DNA of 61,321 nucleotides, filler included, from Candidatus Babelota bacterium (GTDB lineage Bacteria > JAGOBX01): assembly GCA_017999075.1 (NCBI GenBank). It is 6 parts of 6 records of this genome, joined end to end, with 100 filler letters (N's around TTAATTAATTAA, not from the genome) between each part and the next. Parts side by side here need not be neighbours in the genome. Positions count along the whole stretch, not along the records: positions 10,333 to 20,557 come from JAGOBX010000087.1; positions 20,658 to 30,783 come from JAGOBX010000088.1; 4 more parts are not named here. One strand, 5' to 3'. Position 1 is the first letter of the stretch. Each line of letters starts with the position of its first letter. The notes under the pieces are model-generated. The model did not search any database, was not told the DNA's origin, and saw only the letters and a program-made list of their open reading frames with translations. A program made the position numbers and the translations under genes. Of this stretch, positions 11,738 to 22,264 are shown piece by piece.

Positions 11738-12613
11738 TTGGAATTGTCCAGCTTGAGGATTGACATAAAATTGGATATAAGAAATATTGATTCTTACAAC
11801 AAATCTTATTTGGAAGGACTTGAACGTTCATCGCAGTTTTCTTATTCTGCCCAATATTTCTGGTGGAAAAAATATTCTGTACTTGAAAAAATTGTAAAAA
11901 AAATTGTGTCTGAAAATTTTTCTAAATCAGATACGGTCAGAATACTGGATATAGGCTGTCAAATAGGACATGATATATTCAAATTATCTGAGGAACTCAG
12001 AGAATATAAAATAGAATGGTACGGATTTGATGTGAACCCTGATTTTTTGAAAATATCAAATCTGCGCAAAGTTATTCATGGTGAACATAAATATTTCTTT
12101 TTTGTTTCCTCGGTAGAACAGACATCAAGTAAAAATCGAAAATTTGATATGATTATATGTTCAGAAGTTCTTGAACATATTAATGAAACAGAGGATTCTG
12201 CAAGCAATTTGAGGAATCTTTTGAAAATAAATTCCTTTTTAATAATTTCAACTCCGAATGTGACAAACTATAGTTTTATTTTGTGTAAAATTATAGCAAA
12301 AAAATTTTTAAAAAAAATTAATACTCAATTTTTAGAGGAATCTAAAAAAGAATTTTTATATAAAACCAAGGTTGAAGTTAAACAAGAAGAAAATCATATT
12401 AACCTTAAAAATATGGATGATTGGAAAAAAATTTTTATAAATTCCGGATTTACAATTCTTGACTGCAGACGGGGTTCAATGTTTTACGGTTCAAAATATA
12501 TTGACAAACATCCGGTTATATTTATTATAATAACATTTTTTGATATAATATTTGATATAATTCCGTGTTTTAAAAAATGGTCTTATAATTTTTTTTTAGT
12601 AATGAAAAATTAA
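11738..12613 (+). CDS. Class I SAM-dependent methyltransferase
   Basis: ILDIGCQIG, FDMIICSEVLEHI, IISTPN; start codon uncertain. Confidence 0.85.
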   Translation: MELSSLRIDIKLDIRNIDSYNKSYLEGLERSSQFSYSAQYFWWKKYSVLEKIVKKIVSENFSKSDTVRILDIGCQIGHDIFKLSEELREYKIEWYGFDVNPDFLKISNLRKVIHGEHKYFFFVSSVEQTSSKNRKFDMIICSEVLEHINETEDSASNLRNLLKINSFLIISTPNVTNYSFILCKIIAKKFLKKINTQFLEESKKEFLYKTKVEVKQEENHINLKNMDDWKKIFINSGFTILDCRRGSMFYGSKYIDKHPVIFIIITFFDIIFDIIPCFKKWSYNFFLVMKN

Positions 12614-12643
12614 TTTGGTAATTATCCGGAGATAAAAATAAAA

Positions 12644-13363
12644 ATGACTGAAAAATTAAAAAAATTAGTAGTTATACCTACATATAATGAAAAAGAAAAT
12701 ATTTACAAATTGATTGATTTGATAGTTAATCTTGATTATGAATTCAATGTTTGTATTGTTGATGATAATTCACCTGACGGAACTTCGGGAATAGTAGAAC
12801 AAATGAAAAAAGAACATTTGAAAAAAGAACAGATCCATTTGATAAAGAGAACCGGAAAACTTGGGCTTGGCACAGCATATAAAACAGGAATTAAATACGG
12901 ATTATCTAATGGGTTTGAAATTATTTTTACAATGGATGCTGATTTTTCGCATCATCCGAAATACCTTCCTGATTTTCTTGTTAAACTTAAAGAAAATGAT
13001 ATAGTTATAGGTTCCAGATATGTTCCTGGCGGAGGTACTGTTAATTGGGGTATGCATAGAAAAATTTTAAGCGGCAGCGCGAATTTATTTGCCAAATTTA
13101 TGCTTGGTTTAAAGAGTAACGATAATACTGCCGGATATAGAGGTTACCATAAAAAAGTTTTTGACAAAGTCAATCTTGATATAATTTTATCAGAAGGATA
13201 TTCTTTTCTGGTGGAAATGATTTTCAGATGCAGTCAGCAGAATTTTCTTATTGGAGAAACTCCTATAATATTTGTTGATAGAGAAAAAGGTTCGTCAAAA
13301 ATCAGCAAACAGGAAATTTTTAAAGCTATAAAAACTATATTCAGATTGAAATTTACAAAATAA
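12644..13363 (+). CDS. Polyprenol monophosphomannose synthase-like GT2 glycosyltransferase
   Basis: IPTYNEKENI, VDDNSPDGT, KLGLGTAY, MDADFSHHP, GSRYVPGG. Confidence 0.9.
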   Translation: MTEKLKKLVVIPTYNEKENIYKLIDLIVNLDYEFNVCIVDDNSPDGTSGIVEQMKKEHLKKEQIHLIKRTGKLGLGTAYKTGIKYGLSNGFEIIFTMDADFSHHPKYLPDFLVKLKENDIVIGSRYVPGGGTVNWGMHRKILSGSANLFAKFMLGLKSNDNTAGYRGYHKKVFDKVNLDIILSEGYSFLVEMIFRCSQQNFLIGETPIIFVDREKGSSKISKQEIFKAIKTIFRLKFTK

Positions 13364-13364
13364 T

Positions 13365-13901
13365 ATGATGAGAAAATTGAAAAAAAAACTTGATTGGAAA
13401 AAAATCAGACTTGTGATTTTGGATGTTGACGGAGTTTTAACTAATGGCCATATTACATATAATTCTGATGGAACTGAAAGTAAAACTTTTAGTGTAAAAG
13501 ACGGCAGAGGTATAATTGAAGCACAATTGTGCGGTATAGAATTCGGAATAATAACGGCTCGTGAATCAAATACTGTTTCGAGGCGGGCTAAAGATTTAAA
13601 TATAAAGTATGTATATCAGAATTCTAAAAACAAACTTGAAGCTTTAAACGAAATTATAAAAAAATACGGTTTTTTTCCTGAAGAAATATTGTATATCGGA
13701 GATGAAGTTATAGATATTCCGGTAATGATTAGAGTAGGAATATCAGCAACAGTGAATGATTGCGCACGTGATGTAATAAAGGCTGCTGATTACAGATCTT
13801 CAAAGAATGGAGGAGACGGCGCAGTTCGTGAAATACTCGAATATTTGCTGAAAAAACAAAATAAATGGGATAAGAATATAAAAAAATATTTTACGAAATA
13901 A
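13365..13901 (+). CDS. kdsC: KDO 8-phosphate phosphatase (HAD IIIA)
   Basis: LDVDGVLT, FSVKDG, YIGDEVID, GGDGAVRE. Confidence 0.85.
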   Translation: MMRKLKKKLDWKKIRLVILDVDGVLTNGHITYNSDGTESKTFSVKDGRGIIEAQLCGIEFGIITARESNTVSRRAKDLNIKYVYQNSKNKLEALNEIIKKYGFFPEEILYIGDEVIDIPVMIRVGISATVNDCARDVIKAADYRSSKNGGDGAVREILEYLLKKQNKWDKNIKKYFTK

Positions 13902-13951
13902 ATTTTATAATACGATTTCTAAACTGAAAATTTAAGTTTTAATATATACCT

Positions 13952-14422
13952 TTAAGTTTTTTTTCTTATATTAACCAATACTCCGCGGACAATTTTTAAA
14001 AATTCTTCTTCGTCATAGGGTTTTACAATATATGCGGTAATTCCCATTTTAAGAAAATCAACAACTGTATGTTTGTCTGAAGTGGAAGTAACCATGATTA
14101 CAGGAATATTTTTTAAAACACCTGCTTCTTTTCCTTTACAATAAAAATCTTTTCCGTTTAAAACAGGCATTTCAATGTCAAGGAAAATCATTTTTATTCC
14201 GGGAAATCTCCCTAACATTACAAAAGCTTCTACTCCGTTATTTGCTTCAATAAAATCGAATAACGGGTTATCTTCGAGTTTGTGAATGATAGTCCGTCTT
14301 GCCATAGGAGAATCATCAACAATAAGTATCTGAATTTTTGGCTGGGCAGAAGCATCAAGATATTCAATTTCTTTTAATATTTTTTCAATCTGCGCATTCA
14401 TAGAATCAATATTATCGCTCAT
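13952..14422 (-). CDS. Single-domain response regulator (CheY-like) with short N-terminal extension
   Basis: ILIVDDS, FLDIEMP (phosphoacceptor Asp), VIMVTS, YIVKP. Confidence 0.88.
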   Translation of the reverse strand: MSDNIDSMNAQIEKILKEIEYLDASAQPKIQILIVDDSPMARRTIIHKLEDNPLFDFIEANNGVEAFVMLGRFPGIKMIFLDIEMPVLNGKDFYCKGKEAGVLKNIPVIMVTSTSDKHTVVDFLKMGITAYIVKPYDEEEFLKIVRGVLVNIRKKT

Positions 14423-14474
14423 AAAAATTCCTCCATTATATTGTCTTATATAATAAAATCCAATGTTTCAAAAA

Positions 14475-14807
14475 TTAAAGAGCGTAAAATTTATCTTTCG
14501 GAATGCTTGATGATTTTGTTATTGCAGTCACTGAATCCAATACTGCTTCAAAATCTGCTTGTTCACCTGGTTCTATTAATATTATATCTCCATGAAAAAA
14601 ATCTTTCCCATTAATTCTTATGTGGCCGGAAATAACTGCTATGATTTCGGCGCATACTTGATGATAATGTTTTTCATAATAAGTCCCTGCTTTATCGAAT
14701 TTTACAGCAGATTCGAATTCGGTTGTTTTATAAATTGCTTTTTCAAAATTACCTATATACCAGCCTTTAATGGTATCGCTGAGTTTTTTAGTAATCATAT
14801 AATACAC
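14475..14807 (-). CDS. Cupin-domain protein
   Basis: GWYIGNF, HYHQVCAEI...ISG...GDIILIEPGE cupin motifs. Confidence 0.7.
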   Translation of the reverse strand: MYYMITKKLSDTIKGWYIGNFEKAIYKTTEFESAVKFDKAGTYYEKHYHQVCAEIIAVISGHIRINGKDFFHGDIILIEPGEQADFEAVLDSVTAITKSSSIPKDKFYAL

Positions 14808-14905
14808 TTAATTCAAATATTTTTTTTTGAAAATATCAAATCGGAAAATTAATTTATTTTTAAACATAATTGTTAATTTGTTTAAAGTTTGTTGACTGTA
14901 TTCAG

Positions 14906-16243
14906 TTATTTTCTGGCTAATCTGAATAATCCGTCATCAGTTCCAATCCATATATAATAAGGATCTAAAAACAATTCTGTGAAATGAGTAAAATCTGTTC
15001 TGAATTTATCGTTTAAATCTTTTTTGTCGTTTATAACCCATTTGCGGCTTAAAGAATCATATTCGAGAAAACCTGTTTCTGTTGAAATCCAGATTTTATT
15101 ATTATCTTTAGCAAGGGAATATACTGTGTTTAAATAATTTTCGCTGTTTCTGTTTTTAGCAGGAAAATTAGATTTCTTGTGTATTTCCCAGTAATCCGTA
15201 TGTCTGTTATAATAACTTATTTCATCAATATTTTCAATTAGAAAATTGTTGAATTCGTCTATTAAAACTTTTTTTATAATTTTGTTGCCGAGATAATTTG
15301 CCAAATCAAATTCATACCATTCGCTGTTTAATTTTTTATACTGCCAGATGCCGACATCGCTTTTAAACCACACATAAGTATCATCATTGGAAACTAAACT
15401 CATATAATTGCAGGAAAAATCATTGGGTTTCCAGGTTTTCCAGATATCTCTTAGTTTATCATAAATTATTATATTGCAATTAAATGTTATGAACCATACA
15501 TAATCAGGATAAACAATTATTTCAGCGATTTCTGATGTTTCAAAAACATTAGATGAAGCGCGTTCAGAATAAGGTTCAGACCATATTTCTCGTTTCATAT
15601 CGAATTTTTTTATTTTGTCTGAGAATCCGAACCATATTTCCTGATGTTCTTCGTCTGCATTAATACACAAAATATTAGTGTCCTGAATTTCTTCTTTAAA
15701 AGTAGAATATAACCACGTAAAAACAGGTTTATTGAATTTATATAACCGTATTTTATCAAAATCAATTTTTTTAAAATAGTAATATTCTTTCTTATTATAC
15801 TTAGGAGATAACTCCTGAATTAAATCCATGTCAAAATAAGTTCGAAGCGATTTTTTTACGGATTTGTCTTTATAATTGAAAATATACCATCCGGAATCAT
15901 AAAATTTTCTTGTTTCTTCGAGATATATCCAGAGATTGTCGTCAACGATTTTCATAATCCCGACGTTTGCATTAGGAATGAATAATTCGAAATCTGAAAA
16001 AATTGTATTAATTTTTATTGTTTCATCAGATATGATATTAAGATTATCCGCAATTTTTTTCTGAGGAGTGATTTTATCACTGAAAAATACTGGTGTTTTT
16101 TTTGGCTGATTTACTTTTATTTCAACTTCTTTCTGGCCTCCGATAACTATCGGTGATTTAAAATCCTGATCAGTAGTTTTACATGATTGAAAAAAAATCA
16201 GGACTGAAAATACTGCAATTACCTTTAAATATATTGATTTCAT
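14906..16243 (-). CDS. Putative lipoprotein with beta-propeller-like repeats
   Basis: Signal ending FFQSC (lipobox-like); recurring D-x-x-x-(V/I)W(F/I) blades ending YIWIGTDDGLFR. Confidence 0.55.
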   Translation of the reverse strand: MKSIYLKVIAVFSVLIFFQSCKTTDQDFKSPIVIGGQKEVEIKVNQPKKTPVFFSDKITPQKKIADNLNIISDETIKINTIFSDFELFIPNANVGIMKIVDDNLWIYLEETRKFYDSGWYIFNYKDKSVKKSLRTYFDMDLIQELSPKYNKKEYYYFKKIDFDKIRLYKFNKPVFTWLYSTFKEEIQDTNILCINADEEHQEIWFGFSDKIKKFDMKREIWSEPYSERASSNVFETSEIAEIIVYPDYVWFITFNCNIIIYDKLRDIWKTWKPNDFSCNYMSLVSNDDTYVWFKSDVGIWQYKKLNSEWYEFDLANYLGNKIIKKVLIDEFNNFLIENIDEISYYNRHTDYWEIHKKSNFPAKNRNSENYLNTVYSLAKDNNKIWISTETGFLEYDSLSRKWVINDKKDLNDKFRTDFTHFTELFLDPYYIWIGTDDGLFRLARK

Positions 16244-16245
16244 AA

Positions 16246-17349
16246 TTATTCGTCCTTCAAATAATGTGTGATAGTATTTTTAAAATTTTGTTCGTCTTCA
16301 ATTTCCATATCAATTACAGTATATAATATGTTATTAAAATAATCAAACTTATCTTTTAGTTTGACCGCATCTTTATACGTTGTTATTACAAAATCGGAAA
16401 TTTTACAGAATAATTGAATACGTTTAATATCAACCGGATTATAATTATGGTGATCAGGAAATTTTATAAAATTAATTGATTTAGGATTGAAACTGGATTT
16501 TACCATATCTTTGAATTTTTTTATATTACCTATTCCTGCAAACAATGTTATGGTTTTATGTTCAATCTCTGAAAAATCTACTTTCATATCGTCTGATAGC
16601 CTGTGAAGTGATGATAACTTGTAATTACTGAAAAAAATAGGAACACTGTTATTATAGAATCTGATTAAATCAATAAGATGTTTATTTACCTCTGCTGATT
16701 CGATCTTATTAATGACGCAAATGTCTGCTTTATTAATTGATTCAGGCATGTCTCTTAGAATTCCTGCTGGAAACAATCTGTATAATTTTAAATCTACTGT
16801 TCCGTCAAACATAAGTATTTCAATATCTTTATGAAGATTAATCCGCTGAAATCCGTCATCAAGCAGAATAGTTTCTGGTTCGAAAAGTTTAATGGCCGCT
16901 TTAATTGCCTTAATTCTGTTTTTGTTTACTATGATAGGTATCTTGCGCAATTTAAGCGCAAGCATATAAGGCTCATCTCCGGCTTCAACTTGTTTAATAA
17001 GCAAATCTCTGCCGTTAGTAACAATTCTGACTCTGTTATCATCTTTGGTTTTGCTTCCGTACCCGCGCGATACAATAGAAGTTTTGATATTCAAATCAGT
17101 CATTAATTTTGACAAATATTCAACCATCGGAGTTTTTCCTGTGCCTCCGACAGTTATATTACCAACACTGATTATACGGCAATTTTCAAATTTTTTTACA
17201 GGTATTATCTTATATTCCGCTGATTTATTTCTTATAAATATAATTAAATAATACGCCGCTGAAAATATTTTCAGTATAAAATATATAAAACCTGATTGCG
17301 CGGATATGTGTTTTTGCCAGATAAACTCGAGTTTACGGGAATTTTTCAT
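16246..17349 (-). CDS. lpxK: Tetraacyldisaccharide 4'-kinase
   Basis: ISVGNITVGGTGKTP, SRGYG, GDEP, LLDDGFQ, PAGILR, FPDHH, TTYKDAVK. Confidence 0.95.
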   Translation of the reverse strand: MKNSRKLEFIWQKHISAQSGFIYFILKIFSAAYYLIIFIRNKSAEYKIIPVKKFENCRIISVGNITVGGTGKTPMVEYLSKLMTDLNIKTSIVSRGYGSKTKDDNRVRIVTNGRDLLIKQVEAGDEPYMLALKLRKIPIIVNKNRIKAIKAAIKLFEPETILLDDGFQRINLHKDIEILMFDGTVDLKLYRLFPAGILRDMPESINKADICVINKIESAEVNKHLIDLIRFYNNSVPIFFSNYKLSSLHRLSDDMKVDFSEIEHKTITLFAGIGNIKKFKDMVKSSFNPKSINFIKFPDHHNYNPVDIKRIQLFCKISDFVITTYKDAVKLKDKFDYFNNILYTVIDMEIEDEQNFKNTITHYLKDE

Positions 17350-17350
17350 T

Positions 17351-18340
17351 TTAAAATTTTATTTTTTGAATATCGCTTTTTATTTTACCCCATATTTCTC
17401 CATTCATTTTTGCTCCGAGAACTTCCACAACATATCCTGAAGTTATTGCTCCGAGTTCAGCGCATTTGTCAAATGGATAATTGTTTATATAACCATATAA
17501 AAATCCTGAAGCAAATAAATCGCCTGCGCCTGTAGTGTCAATAGCGTTTGCTGCTCTTATGCCGGCTTTGAATATATCATTGCCTTTTTTTACCATTGAA
17601 CCATTCTTTCCGATTTTAACAACAGCTATATCAACCATTTCTCCGAGAATGTTCAGAGCCTGTTCCGGAGAAGCTCCGGTAATGGATTTTGATTCTTCTT
17701 CATTGGCAAAAATTATGTTTATATATTTATCGATAATGCCTTCGAGAAATTTTTTATTGTCGTTGACTACATTATAACTGGCAAGATCTATACAAACTTC
17801 GCATCCTGCGTCAGCTGCAAGTTTGCAGGCGGTTTCAATCAATTTATGGTTTTGAACAAGATAACCTTCTATATAACATATATCATACCATTTAAACAAA
17901 TCAATTTTCAAATCTTCAGCGCATAATTCTATGGAAGCGCCAAGATATGTCGCAAAAGTACGTTCGCTGTCAGGTGTGATTAATGCCGCCACTCTGCCAG
18001 ACTCTGAAGAATTGCTGTAGAATAATTTTTCTTCAACGCTGTTTGACTGTAAATCACTTTTGAAAAAATTTCCGGTTTCGTCTTTTCCGATTTTTCCGAT
18101 GAAAGCTGTTTTTACACCAAGCTGGGCAAGACCGCATACAGTATTTGCCGCTGATCCGCCTGCTGCTTTTTGGGAAATAAATTTACCGGTTTCATTAAGT
18201 ATCATGTTGCTTGTATTGATATCGACAAGGTTCATACTTCCTTTTGGCAGATTAAATTTTGATAAATACGTTTCATCAGGTATTCGAATCATCATATCAA
18301 CCAGTGAATTCCCGATTCCTAAAATTTTTGTCATATTCAT
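17351..18340 (-). CDS. PfkB-family adenosine/sugar kinase
   Basis: GIGNSLVD, GGSAANT, ERTFATYLGA, FANEEE, DTTGAGDLFASG. Confidence 0.9.
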   Translation of the reverse strand: MNMTKILGIGNSLVDMMIRIPDETYLSKFNLPKGSMNLVDINTSNMILNETGKFISQKAAGGSAANTVCGLAQLGVKTAFIGKIGKDETGNFFKSDLQSNSVEEKLFYSNSSESGRVAALITPDSERTFATYLGASIELCAEDLKIDLFKWYDICYIEGYLVQNHKLIETACKLAADAGCEVCIDLASYNVVNDNKKFLEGIIDKYINIIFANEEESKSITGASPEQALNILGEMVDIAVVKIGKNGSMVKKGNDIFKAGIRAANAIDTTGAGDLFASGFLYGYINNYPFDKCAELGAITSGYVVEVLGAKMNGEIWGKIKSDIQKIKF

Positions 18341-18410
18341 TTGATCACCTCTATAAAATTAATCTAATCATTTCAAATCACAATATATTTTACCTGAATA
18401 ATTGCATAAT

Positions 18411-19736
18411 TCAACTTATTTCTTCAATTGTTTTTGCCAGGCTGCCTGCCAGCGATTTTCTTGAAAAAAAGTTCAGAATTTCCGGATTTCCATTGAACTT
18501 GATTTTTTTTTCTGAAAAAAGATTGTAAATATTTTGCAGTTTTTCTGCAATGTTTTTTGCCGAATCAGTGTCTGCAGTAAATCCGAGATTATATTTTTTT
18601 ATAAGATTATATGCTTCTCCTCCGGGAGGAACTATTCCGAAAATATTTTTTTTTGCGCCTATATATTCGAAAAGTTTTCCTGTTAAAACTTCTTTTCCTT
18701 CAAGTTTTCCAATTAAAAGAAGCAATATATCTGCTTCTGCCAGCCGTTTTATACTTTCTCTATGATTTTCCATAGGTATAATATCAAAAATATTTTCCAA
18801 TCCGTTTTTTTTTATATTTTCCGTATCTCTGTAAGTAATATGGCCGCATAATTTGATTTTTATTTTTTTTACATCGATTGTTTTTGACGATATTAATTTT
18901 TTTAACGCTTCAATAAGATTATCCAGATTTCTCCAGTCGTTCAAAGAACCGGAATATAAAATTTTTAAAATGTCATCTGGTTTATATATAGAAGAATTTT
19001 TGTCAGAAATAATGGATTCATAATCTTCAGGATCAAAACCGTTTGTTATAACCTTGAACTTTGATTTGTTTATATCCTTGTATTTTTCAGTGAATTTTAA
19101 TACTATACTTTCGGTCGCGCATATAATTTTATCTGAATTTTTTAGAACTCTATACTCCATAAATTCTTCTATTTTTTTTACATAACTGAACGGATAAGTA
19201 TAAACTTCATAGTCTGTCCATAAATCACGGAAATCGGATATTATTTTTATATCTGAAAAAATTTTTTTTAAAATTATACCGGCAAGCTGAACCGAATGAG
19301 GCGGTGATGAAATTAATATGTTTTTTATATTATATTTTTTGATTATTCTTATTGCGTAAAATATGCAGAACGGCAGCCAGAGCACTTTTAAATCAGGAAT
19401 AAAAAAACTTGCAGATAAATTGTCAAAGAAACGGGTTATATAAGATTTTCTATCCACTCCAAAGATTTCTTTTACTGTATTCGATTTTTTTTTCGATTTT
19501 AGGATATTATAATAATATTTTAAATCTATTACCGGAGTCCTGATTATTTTAATTTTAGTTTTATATTCATTCAATAAAGTTTTATCTTTGGATAAGTAAT
19601 ATTCGTCTTTTACGGTAAGTACTATAGGTTCGATTCCGAATTCAGGCAAATACTTCACATATTTGTGGGCGCGCATTACTCCGCCGCCGGCAAAAGGCGG
19701 AAAATCATAAACAATAACAAGGCATTTGAGGTTCAT
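18411..19736 (-). CDS. Glycosyltransferase family 4
   Basis: FPPFAGGGVMR, SSPPHS, DFRDLW, ITNGFD, GKLFEYIG. Confidence 0.88.
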   Translation of the reverse strand: MNLKCLVIVYDFPPFAGGGVMRAHKYVKYLPEFGIEPIVLTVKDEYYLSKDKTLLNEYKTKIKIIRTPVIDLKYYYNILKSKKKSNTVKEIFGVDRKSYITRFFDNLSASFFIPDLKVLWLPFCIFYAIRIIKKYNIKNILISSPPHSVQLAGIILKKIFSDIKIISDFRDLWTDYEVYTYPFSYVKKIEEFMEYRVLKNSDKIICATESIVLKFTEKYKDINKSKFKVITNGFDPEDYESIISDKNSSIYKPDDILKILYSGSLNDWRNLDNLIEALKKLISSKTIDVKKIKIKLCGHITYRDTENIKKNGLENIFDIIPMENHRESIKRLAEADILLLLIGKLEGKEVLTGKLFEYIGAKKNIFGIVPPGGEAYNLIKKYNLGFTADTDSAKNIAEKLQNIYNLFSEKKIKFNGNPEILNFFSRKSLAGSLAKTIEEIS

Positions 19737-20429
19737 TTATTTTTTGATGAGTTTTTTTACTTTTTCTGAGATGGAAGAATAATGTTTTTTTATGTCTTCT
19801 ATATTTGGAGATAGTTTTATGGCTTTAGTTATGGCAAGCGCCGCAGTTTTAATGTTGTCAAGCAGAAAACTGCTCCATGCCACGCTGTCGAGTATAGCGG
19901 GATTTTCCGGTTTTTTATCTAAAGCTTTCCTGCATAGTTCGGCAGCTTTTTTTAGATCTCCATTGTTTATCATCATTAAATAACCGTAATTGTTCATTAC
20001 TTTAGGATTATCCGGAGATATATTGTATGCCTGTTCATAAAATTCCATAGCTTTTTGATAATTTTCGGTTTTGAAATAATAATAAGCTATTCCTGAAATG
20101 GCCATTTGATTTTTATCATCAAATTCAAGGATCTGCTTGAACGTAGATAAGGCTTCATCATATTTTTCCTGCTGGAATAATATATATCCTTTCAAATAAT
20201 ATAATTGAAGTTTAGCTTCAAATTCGAGATCTTCGTTAAGAGCAAGAGATATTTCTTCAATCGTCTCCTTGTAATACTTTAAATTAGCGTAACAAACAGC
20301 AAGATAATAATGCATTTTTGAATCAATATAATTTTTTTCGAGAGCTTCAGAAAATGATACTATAGCCAGAGTATATTCTTTATTATTAAGATATTCAATT
20401 GCCTGAAAATAAATTTTTTCCGCATCCAT
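19737..20429 (-). CDS. Tetratricopeptide repeat protein
   Basis: Multiple TPR units; NNYGY...A...P.NPAILDSVAW. Confidence 0.85.
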   Translation of the reverse strand: MDAEKIYFQAIEYLNNKEYTLAIVSFSEALEKNYIDSKMHYYLAVCYANLKYYKETIEEISLALNEDLEFEAKLQLYYLKGYILFQQEKYDEALSTFKQILEFDDKNQMAISGIAYYYFKTENYQKAMEFYEQAYNISPDNPKVMNNYGYLMMINNGDLKKAAELCRKALDKKPENPAILDSVAWSSFLLDNIKTAALAITKAIKLSPNIEDIKKHYSSISEKVKKLIKK

Positions 20430-20472
20430 AATTTATATATAATATTAAAAACAAAAAAAATAAAGAAAAATC

Positions 20473-20500
20473 TTGACAATTTTTATTTTATAAATATATT
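20473..20500 (+). promoter_or_regulatory. Putative sigma70 promoter upstream of the tRNA
   Basis: TTGACA(20473-20478)-16 nt-TATATT(20495-20500). Confidence 0.45.
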
Positions 20501-20539
20501 TTTCTTTAATTTTAGAAATAAAATTTTTCAAAACTTCAG

Positions 20540-20557
20540 GCGGGTGTAGCTCAGATG
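20540..20557 (+). tRNA. 5' fragment of a tRNA gene (acceptor 5' strand and D-arm start), cut by contig end; identity undeterminable
   Basis: GCGGGTG-TA-GCTCAG-ATG fits the canonical tRNA 5' pattern; GC-rich in an AT-rich context, downstream of a promoter; only 18 nt visible. Confidence 0.6.
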
Positions 20558-20657
20558 NNNNNNNNNNNNNNNNNNNNNNNNNNNNNNNNNNNNNNNNNNN
20601 NTTAATTAATTAANNNNNNNNNNNNNNNNNNNNNNNNNNNNNNNNNNNNNNNNNNNN
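20558..20657. other. Artificial contig linker
   Basis: N44-TTAATTAATTAA-N44. Confidence 0.98.
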
Positions 20658-20659
20658 GT

Positions 20660-22264
20660 GTAGTATATGCTGCCCTGATAGATAATCAGAAAAATGCGAT
20701 GTTTTATAAAACTTCTAAGAATTTTTTGGAAAAAAAAGGAAAACCCTCTCAGGAAACACATTTTATAAATTCTGAGTTTGAAGGGAAAAACATTAAAGAT
20801 AACTTGATAAATAATGTTTTTAAATTAAAAAAACAGCAGGGTGAAGATTATTTCGATCCGAAATTTAAAATTAATATTTATAAAATTGCTCAGCCGATTA
20901 TAATTAATGACGAACTGTGGGGAGTAGTTGTTCTCGGGTTTTCTCTTGAAAATTTGTATAAAGAAATTTCTGCCATGCAGGATAATTTTAAAGTTAAAAT
21001 TGTCCAGGAAAAAAATCGTCTTCAGTCTGAATCAATAAAACAGAAGGTTGAAGAAATAGATAAAATAAAGAAAAATCTTACTGTAATTCAGAAAAATATA
21101 AGAAAGGATGTTCGGGAAAATGCTTATTATTATTTTATAGGTTTTTCAATTCCTGGTTTGATACTGGCATTTTTGTTTGGAAAAAATATTGCCAAGCCGA
21201 TAATTTCAATGGTTCCTGTCCTGCAGAAAATCTCTAAAGGTATACTGACAGATAAAATTAAAATGAGGAGAAACGACGAAATTAAAATTCTCGGCGATGG
21301 AATAAATACCATGATAGATGAACTTAATAGTATGATTTCTACGATAAATGGTATTATAAAGTCGATCACATCAGAAAATCAGAACTTATTGAATTTTTCA
21401 AGACATACAACAACCACTATAGATACGATTTCAGGAAACATTAATGAAATAGAAGTGGGCGTATTGAATAATTCTATGGATGTGAATGCTACTGCCGATC
21501 GTTTAAAAAGGTTCGTAGATACTCTAAGCCAGATGACTCAAAACGTCATTACTTTAAATCAGAATGCTGAAACTACTGAAAACGTTTCAAATGAAGGAAA
21601 AGAATCGTTTAATAATCTTCTGTCTAAAATGGAAAATATAGAAGACGGATTCAAACAAACCGATACTCTTGTTACTGAACTAAGTAAATTTTCTTTTGAG
21701 ATAAAAGATATAATTAAAGTCATTGAAGATATTGCAACACGTACAAGAATGCTTGCATACAGCGTAAATGTTATAGCTCAGAAAGGAGGACAGCAGGATA
21801 AATCGATCACAAATATAGCTGTGGAAGTCCGTAATTTGAGCAAGTTTATTTCTGATTATTCATCAAACATAATGAAACTTATGGATAACAACAATGTTTT
21901 GATTGAAAAAATATTTAATTCTACAAAAGCAGGATTAAAGAATATTGAGTCTGGAATTATGACTTCAAATATTTTGATGAATTCAATGAATGAAATAGTT
22001 GAAAAAGTTAATACTGATAAAGTCATGATTAATGATATATCTAATATGATTGCGGATATAGATAAAGAAAGTAAAACTATTTTTGCTTCCACTGAGAATA
22101 TAAGCCAGGTGAGTTCGCAAATGTCGAATTTAATCACATCAACGGCAAAAGCGATTTATGAAGAACGGGAAACTATTAAACAATTAAATTATTCGGTAAA
22201 TAAATTAAAAGATATAGCTGATTCTTTAAGAAATAAAATGAAAGAATTTACAATAAATGAATAA
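20660..22264 (+). CDS. Methyl-accepting chemotaxis-like protein (Cache-like sensor, TM, HAMP, signalling domain), 5'-truncated
   Basis: Frame open back to the contig start; IAQPIIINDELWGVVVLG, TM, HAMP (KPI...GIL...RNDEIKILGDGINTM), heptad signalling domain with divergent tip. Confidence 0.82.
   Translation, partial: VVYAALIDNQKNAMFYKTSKNFLEKKGKPSQETHFINSEFEGKNIKDNLINNVFKLKKQQGEDYFDPKFKINIYKIAQPIIINDELWGVVVLGFSLENLYKEISAMQDNFKVKIVQEKNRLQSESIKQKVEEIDKIKKNLTVIQKNIRKDVRENAYYYFIGFSIPGLILAFLFGKNIAKPIISMVPVLQKISKGILTDKIKMRRNDEIKILGDGINTMIDELNSMISTINGIIKSITSENQNLLNFSRHTTTTIDTISGNINEIEVGVLNNSMDVNATADRLKRFVDTLSQMTQNVITLNQNAETTENVSNEGKESFNNLLSKMENIEDGFKQTDTLVTELSKFSFEIKDIIKVIEDIATRTRMLAYSVNVIAQKGGQQDKSITNIAVEVRNLSKFISDYSSNIMKLMDNNNVLIEKIFNSTKAGLKNIESGIMTSNILMNSMNEIVEKVNTDKVMINDISNMIADIDKESKTIFASTENISQVSSQMSNLITSTAKAIYEERETIKQLNYSVNKLKDIADSLRNKMKEFTINE

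Noticed and set aside
11696-11760. GCTGAGA after hisD as a TPP riboswitch
   Set aside because: The other conserved elements (ACCTGA, P1/P2 pairing) are missing and the context is wrong
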